From Octopus vulgaris (lineage: Eukaryota): DNA of 64,000 nt. The stretch lies in assembly GCA_951406725.2 (NCBI GenBank), contig OX597817.1, positions 85,126,001-85,190,000 on the forward strand, written 5' to 3'. Both the position numbers and the translations under genes were made by a program. Of this stretch, positions 58,301 through 64,000 are shown piece after piece (the first letter of the stretch is position 1; each line of letters starts with the position of its first letter). The notes below the pieces were generated by a model. It was not told the origin of the DNA. It saw nothing but the letters and a program-made list of their open reading frames with translations, and did not search any database.

Positions 58301-59771
58301 AAGAGCAGGAAGAAATGCCACAGGATATTTTTTTCTAAAGCTCTTATGATTCTACCAATTTGCTACCTTAACTGATATAAATATTACTATTATCTTTAGA
58401 AATGTATAAACCAGTCACCTAGTTGAGACTTTTTATAATAAATGTTTCTGTGAGGATTGAAGATGAACCTGTTTTTAAAGCAACAAATTGTAAATTTCTG
58501 TTACAATATTTAAACATTATTTTAACCATGCTGACAAACTGGTAGAATCATTAGCATGCTGGACAAAATGCTTAACAACATTTCATACATCTTTGCATTC
58601 TGAGTTCAAATTTTGCCAAGGTTGACCTTGTCTTTCATCCTTTCAGTGTTGAGGAAATAAGTACTAGTTGAGCAATGGGGTTGATGTAATTGATTAGCCC
58701 CCTATCCACAAATTTCAGGTTTTGTGCCTATTAGAGAAAGGATTATTTTAACCATGCATTTAACTGAAGGAAAATTTTATTGGGTTTAACTCAGAAATGA
58801 GAGCAATAAGCCACCTGATAGGACTTGAAGCACATATTTATTGCTTGCAGGGTAACCATATTATTGATTACGTTGAGTATTTACCCTTCTTTTTCAAGCT
58901 AGGAACTATAAATTGTTTCAGCTATTTTACCTACTATTTTACATCTACAAGATGATTTGTCTGTCATTTAGTGCTAGCAGAATAGGTTATTCTACTATGT
59001 CCAAGTTAGTATTGTCTGAGAGTCTGTGCTCTTTTCTATCTCAAACTGGTTCATATACTGTTAAATATGATTTACATCAAAGTCACCATTAATTCTTCAT
59101 AAAGTTGCTTTATTGGTGTATATGTAGAATATTTTTTTAAAGAAAAAAAATTAATTGATCAAGCAAAATTTTCATTGCATTTTAATTTGTTAAATTTTTA
59201 TGAAATCTCTTATTTATTTGTAGTTCAATGATCTGAAGAATAATACATTCAAAATTATGTAACTGTTATTGTCAGAATTAATATTTATTCCTTAAAGACA
59301 TTTTAATTTCTTTTTTGTTGATATTCATGGACTGTTTTATTTTTATTTATCGAAGAACTTTTTGAATTCTCTTTGGAAGCAGTCTTTAAAATGGTAAATA
59401 AATGGCATCAAATACATCATAACTTTCTTGATGGTCTCTCTTATTTAATTTCTACATAAAAATCAATGTTATTGGCATGTCATCATATTAACCATTATGG
59501 CACTATGTTATGCAATACCATTTCTGTTGGCATGTCTGTGTTTACAACCACTCTTTCAATTATGTCTGTGCATCATCACATTTACTACCTGTATATTACA
59601 GGATCTATTAGTATGTCGTACCTTTTGCTGCCAGTATATTCAAAACCTGTTAGCATGCCCCCACACTTAACACTGCAATGCAAGCTATGTCGCCATGTCA
59701 GCATACTTACCAAGCTATTATCAGCAGTGATAACACCCCACTACCCAAACTGAAAACACAACACAGCACAT

Positions 59772-59839
<68 letters not shown>

Positions 59840-60037
59840 CTTCTTTGGTTAAGATGCTATCATGCTTCAATATTCATAATGTTGGTTTTTTTTCTTTTTG
59901 TTTATTTTTTGCCTGTGCCCTCATACTTCACTTTGAATGTCATTTTGGTTACTTATACCATTTGTAATTTTGCTATCACACATGTTAGACCCTTTTTGCA
60001 TATCATTACATTCTTATCAGATATATCAGCATGTCAT

Positions 60038-60185
60038 CACACCATTTATAAAGGGTACTATTAAGAATATGTTATCACATTTAGCAAGCAACAGAGAAGG
60101 TTGATATATTCAAATATATCAACCTTCTCTGTTGCTTGCTAAATGTGATAACATATTCTTAATAGTACCCTTTATAAATGGTGTG
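60038..60185. repeat. Perfect palindrome, 73-bp arms with a 2-nt centre
   Basis: 60038-60110 is the exact reverse complement of 60113-60185. Confidence 0.95.
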
Positions 60186-61243
60186 CATCATACTTTAAAC
60201 TAATTTATTAGGTCTTTTCCATTTTCTCATTTTTACCATGTCTACTTATACTGCCATATTATTAGTCATGTATTGATTATACTAATATTTTAAAACTTGT
60301 ATTACTTATTCTAATAACCTCATAAGTGTAGGCATGACTGTGTGATTATGAAGATTTCTTCCCTACCATATGGTCTTGGATTCAGTTCATTGTAGGGCAT
60401 CTTGGGCAAGTGTCATCCAATATAACCCCAGGCCAACTAAAACTTTGTGAGAGGATTTAGTAGATGGAGACTGAAATAATCCCATCATGTGTGTGTGTGT
60501 GTTTGTAGTGAAAGTACATGGCCTAATGATTTGGGTGCTGCACGCACACTCATGAGATCGTGGTTTTGATTCCCAGACCAGGTGATGTGTTTTGTTCTTG
60601 AGCAAAACACTTTGTTTTATGTTGCTCAGCAACCATTCCAACATCTGATGTGTGGCACACTTGTGCATCTATGCAGCCAATGTTGATTTGATGGAAGAAG
60701 TGAGTTTATGTGCAATATAAACATTTGATCACTATAAACAAACCATCTGGGCAGCTGTTGTTTGGCAAAAAATTGTGGAACCCTTATCTGTCATCTAACG
60801 ATGTGAGAGTCACCTTTCCTAATTCTTCAATCCCTCCGCCTCCTACCTCTCTCTGTTCCTCCCACATGATTGGTGTTCAGCCAAGCATGATCGTTCTTTC
60901 TTAGCTTGACTGCCATCCACACAACACCTTATTTTCCTGTCTCCTGACTTTCATCTATGTTTGTGCCTTAAGGCTTCCACTTTAAAGGCCAGCTCAATTT
61001 AACTTCTCCTTATTAGTTGAAAGACACCTGTTGTTGTTCTTATTGTTTGTATTTGTAATCATGTAACACTTTCTCCATTTTCTCATTTTCTTTTGTCTGT
61101 GTTATCACACATATTCATTTGCTTGCTTTCTTCCAAAAATTTAATGCCTTTAGCTTAGATATTTGGGGCCTACCAATTTTGAACAGTCTCAAGTGTAATA
61201 GGCCAAAACTGAAATGATGATTGGTAGCTTGACTGATGATATA

Positions 61244-61667
61244 TACACAGGGTGCGATGGATAAACTGTCACCATCTTATATTTTTAATTTCACACATGT
61301 ACATTGTTTGATTTTGATTTTGTCAATCACACAGTATAGTAGGGTCATTGGGCACCATCTGTGGAAAAAACAGGACCATGATACAATTCATTCTGCCAGG
61401 AATTTGGAAACATGCTGTACTGCTTAGTATTCATACTGGAAGCTCCAATACGAACATTTCAGAGTGTTTGGGTGTCAATCTGAGGATAGTGCAAAGGATT
61501 CAGAAAGAGTTGGATGAGTCTAATGGTGATCATGAAGGTACGACAGCTCGGAAAACTCACTCTGATTGTTCTGATAAGAAAAGAACTCCTAAATTTGTTG
61601 GTGAGATCCAGGTCATGATTGACAATAATCCCTCCAAGTCAATCAGGTCCATTACCAGGGACATAGG
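61244..61667 (+). mobile_element. 5' fragment of a Tc1/mariner-superfamily transposon
   Basis: Terminus TA-cacagggtgcg. HTH-like peptide SNTNISECLGVNLRIVQRI..NPSKSIRSITRD. The fragment is cut by an RTE tail. Confidence 0.65.
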
Positions 61668-62272
61668 AGGCAATGATGAAAGATATGCTGTGATTGAGAA
61701 GACCTGGGAAGTAAAGTGAGATCACAGCCGTAGCCTAGACCAGTGTCACATAACCAGCCCATTTAAAAAGTACCTCTGAATTGTCAGGCGACATGCCATG
61801 CTTGAGGAGACCTATTGAGTCAAGTAAAATCAAAATCAAAATCACAATCAAATCAAATGGAAATTGTAGTTGTGGGCGATGCTAGTGCAGCCTGACTGGC
61901 TCCTGCATACGTGGATCATTGCCAGTGCCGCCTGACTGGCTCCCCATGTCAGTGGCATGTAAAAAGCATGATCCAGACATGGTCGATACCCCCCCTGCCC
62001 TGAGTGCCTCCTGTGCCGGTGGCACGTAAAAAGCACCATCCGAATGTGGTCGATGCCAGCCCCTCCCCATCCTGACTGGCTCCCATGCAGGTGGCACATA
62101 AAAAGCACCCACTACACTCTCGGAGTGGTTGGTGTTAGGAAGGGCATCAAGCTGTAGAAACATTGCTAGATCAGACTGGAGTCTGGTGCAGCCTCCTGGG
62201 TTGCTAGTCCCCAGTCAAACCATCCAACCCATGCCAGCATGGAAGATGGACGTTAAATGGTGATGATGATGA
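61668..62272 (+). mobile_element. RTE LINE 3' end fragment
   Basis: Matches the 3' UTR of 3254-5270, with three copies of the ggtggcacgtaaaaagcacc module and a (GAT)n tail. Confidence 0.85.
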
Positions 62273-62289
62273 TATATATATCTGTAAAG

Positions 62290-62750
62290 AATAATAACAG
62301 TATTTTTTATAAGCTTAAAACTTATAGCGATCACTGTGCAAATGACTAAGGAAAGTAGTCTAATAATGGAGCATATAAGCCCTTAACAGAAAAAAGTAGG
62401 CTTTCCCGTATGCATGGGACTCAAATCCACATCCCTTTCATAACACGACTAAGTGTGTTATTGATTACACCAGTGAACCAGCCTGCTCCTTTCTGTCAAA
62501 TTTAAGAACTATATTAGTTCATAGTTGTTTTTGTAAACAAACTTTATGTGCTTTCAGTGCAAATGGTTTGTTAAGCATGGTCGAGTTTTCAATCCTGTAA
62601 ATAATAATAACGGTATTTTTTATTTGCTTATAGCTTATAGCGATCACCATGCAAATGACTAAGAAAAATAGTCTAATAATGGGGCAGATAAGTCCTCCAC
62701 AGAAAAAAGTAGACTTTCCCATACACATGGGATTCGAACCCACATCCACG
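62290..62750 (-). repeat. Tandem duplication (period about 300 bp) of a unit with a tRNA-like B box
   Basis: 62290-62435 recurs at 62600-62748; the minus strand has gggttcgaatcccatg. Confidence 0.6.
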
Positions 62751-62914
62751 CATGGATGTTGTTGGTATTCTAATGTAGTTGGTATTCAGAAGGTCGTTCA
62801 GCCATAGAAACCAAACCATGCTAAAGCAGACATTGGAGTTTGACACAATACCATCCAACCCATTTCAGCATGAATCAAAAATGTTAAATGCTGCTGCTGC
62901 TGACGATGATGATC

Positions 62915-63490
62915 TATGAAGGACTACTCCCATCTCATTGGCTTATGACACATCCACTACTCTTCACCACACACTGCAGTCTTGTATGGCCGTACACTCT
63001 GCCAAGATCCTTAACATATCCAATTCTTGAAGTCATCACTCTGTCTTTGTTACTTGCAAACTCATTGTCTATCCATCCAGCCAATGTTGATACATGTACA
63101 GAGGTTCTGGGCCTTGATAATATTGTCAAACATTACAGTTTTTGCCATCTGACCATCATCAGTACTATTATTTCTTCTTAGACTGAATCACTCTGGGAAC
63201 CCAACTGATCTACATCACCCATCTGTAGTACATCATCTTGAACACCATCAGTCATTTGCTGCCAGCCTCCCTCAGGGCTCATGCTTCACATCCATGCAAG
63301 GCTATTAACTAAATCAGCATTCTAGAAGTTTCAGCTTGATGCTTCTGGTGAGGGTGTAGTATCTCCTTATTGTACTGTGTAGCATCAGGGATGGTTTGTC
63401 TTGCATCAAATCTGCCTCTGTTTTTGTGACGGAAGTGTTTGGTCAACCATGGAAAACATGTACATGAGCTTGTCATGTGTGAAAGTGTGA
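62915..63490 (-). mobile_element. Decayed RTE-like C-terminal fragment
   Basis: Minus strand LHGCEA*AL (YGCEAWTL-like) and a YGH motif. Confidence 0.45.
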
Positions 63491-63639
63491 CTCTTTAGTT
63501 TTGTATAGTAAGTTGCTCCAGTTCCCTCATGGCTCCCATGATATTACACACACACACACACAGGCACAAACACATAAAGATACATATATATATATATATA
63601 TTTATATTATATTATACATATATACATACATATATATAT

Positions 63640-63947
63640 GTGGAGGCGCAATGGCCCAGTGGTTAGGGCAGTGGTCTTGCAGTCGTAGGATTGCAGTTTC
63701 GATTCCCAGACCGACCATTGTGAGTGTTTATTGAGCGAAAACACCTAAAGCTCCACGAGGCTCCGGTAGTGGGTGGTGCTGATCCCTGCTGTACTCTTTC
63801 ACCACAACTTTCTCTCACTCTTTCTTCTGTTGGCCTGCTCGCTTAGCCAGCGGGGTGGCGTCATTTGAAGGCTAAAACAATGTGAAGCACATTGTGACCA
63901 GCGATGTGTAGCAACATCTGATAGCCTGGTCGGTCACAGTGATCATG

Positions 63948-63951
<4 letters not shown>
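63640..63951 (+). mobile_element. tRNA-derived SINE family B
   Basis: gtggaggcgcaatggcccagtggttagggc..gtttcgattccc; flanked by TA. Confidence 0.85.
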
Positions 63952-63981
<30 letters not shown>

Positions 63982-64000
63982 GTTGTGGAATAATTCATGA

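Overview
AT-rich, repeat-dominated animal genomic DNA with no complete host gene. The SINE, RTE and (TA)n content strongly suggests an octopus (coleoid cephalopod); this is my inference from repeat families, not a database result. The standout region is about 5.9-25.7 kb, where long (TA)n tracts (up to about 2.7 kb) alternate with a mariner, a Penelope-like element (RT plus GIY-YIG, with a well-formed type I hammerhead ribozyme), two CR1-group LINEs and a near full-length RTE LINE broken by a single TGG>TGA. All well-preserved RTE copies carry a C4HC3 PHD-type finger immediately after the RT catalytic core. The dominant tRNA-derived SINE shares a covarying 3' stem-loop with the CR1 LINEs. Elsewhere there are three more degenerate hammerhead-like motifs, one of them in a retrozyme-like direct-repeat unit. 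The window also holds a non-autonomous Helitron, mariner/Tc1 remnants and MITEs, two perfect palindromes (336-bp and 73-bp arms), a 13-bp minisatellite, and one plausible short coding exon of an unidentified + strand host gene. Most of the long IYIY-type ORFs are microsatellite artefacts. Boundaries of degenerate repeats are approximate and were set by eye.
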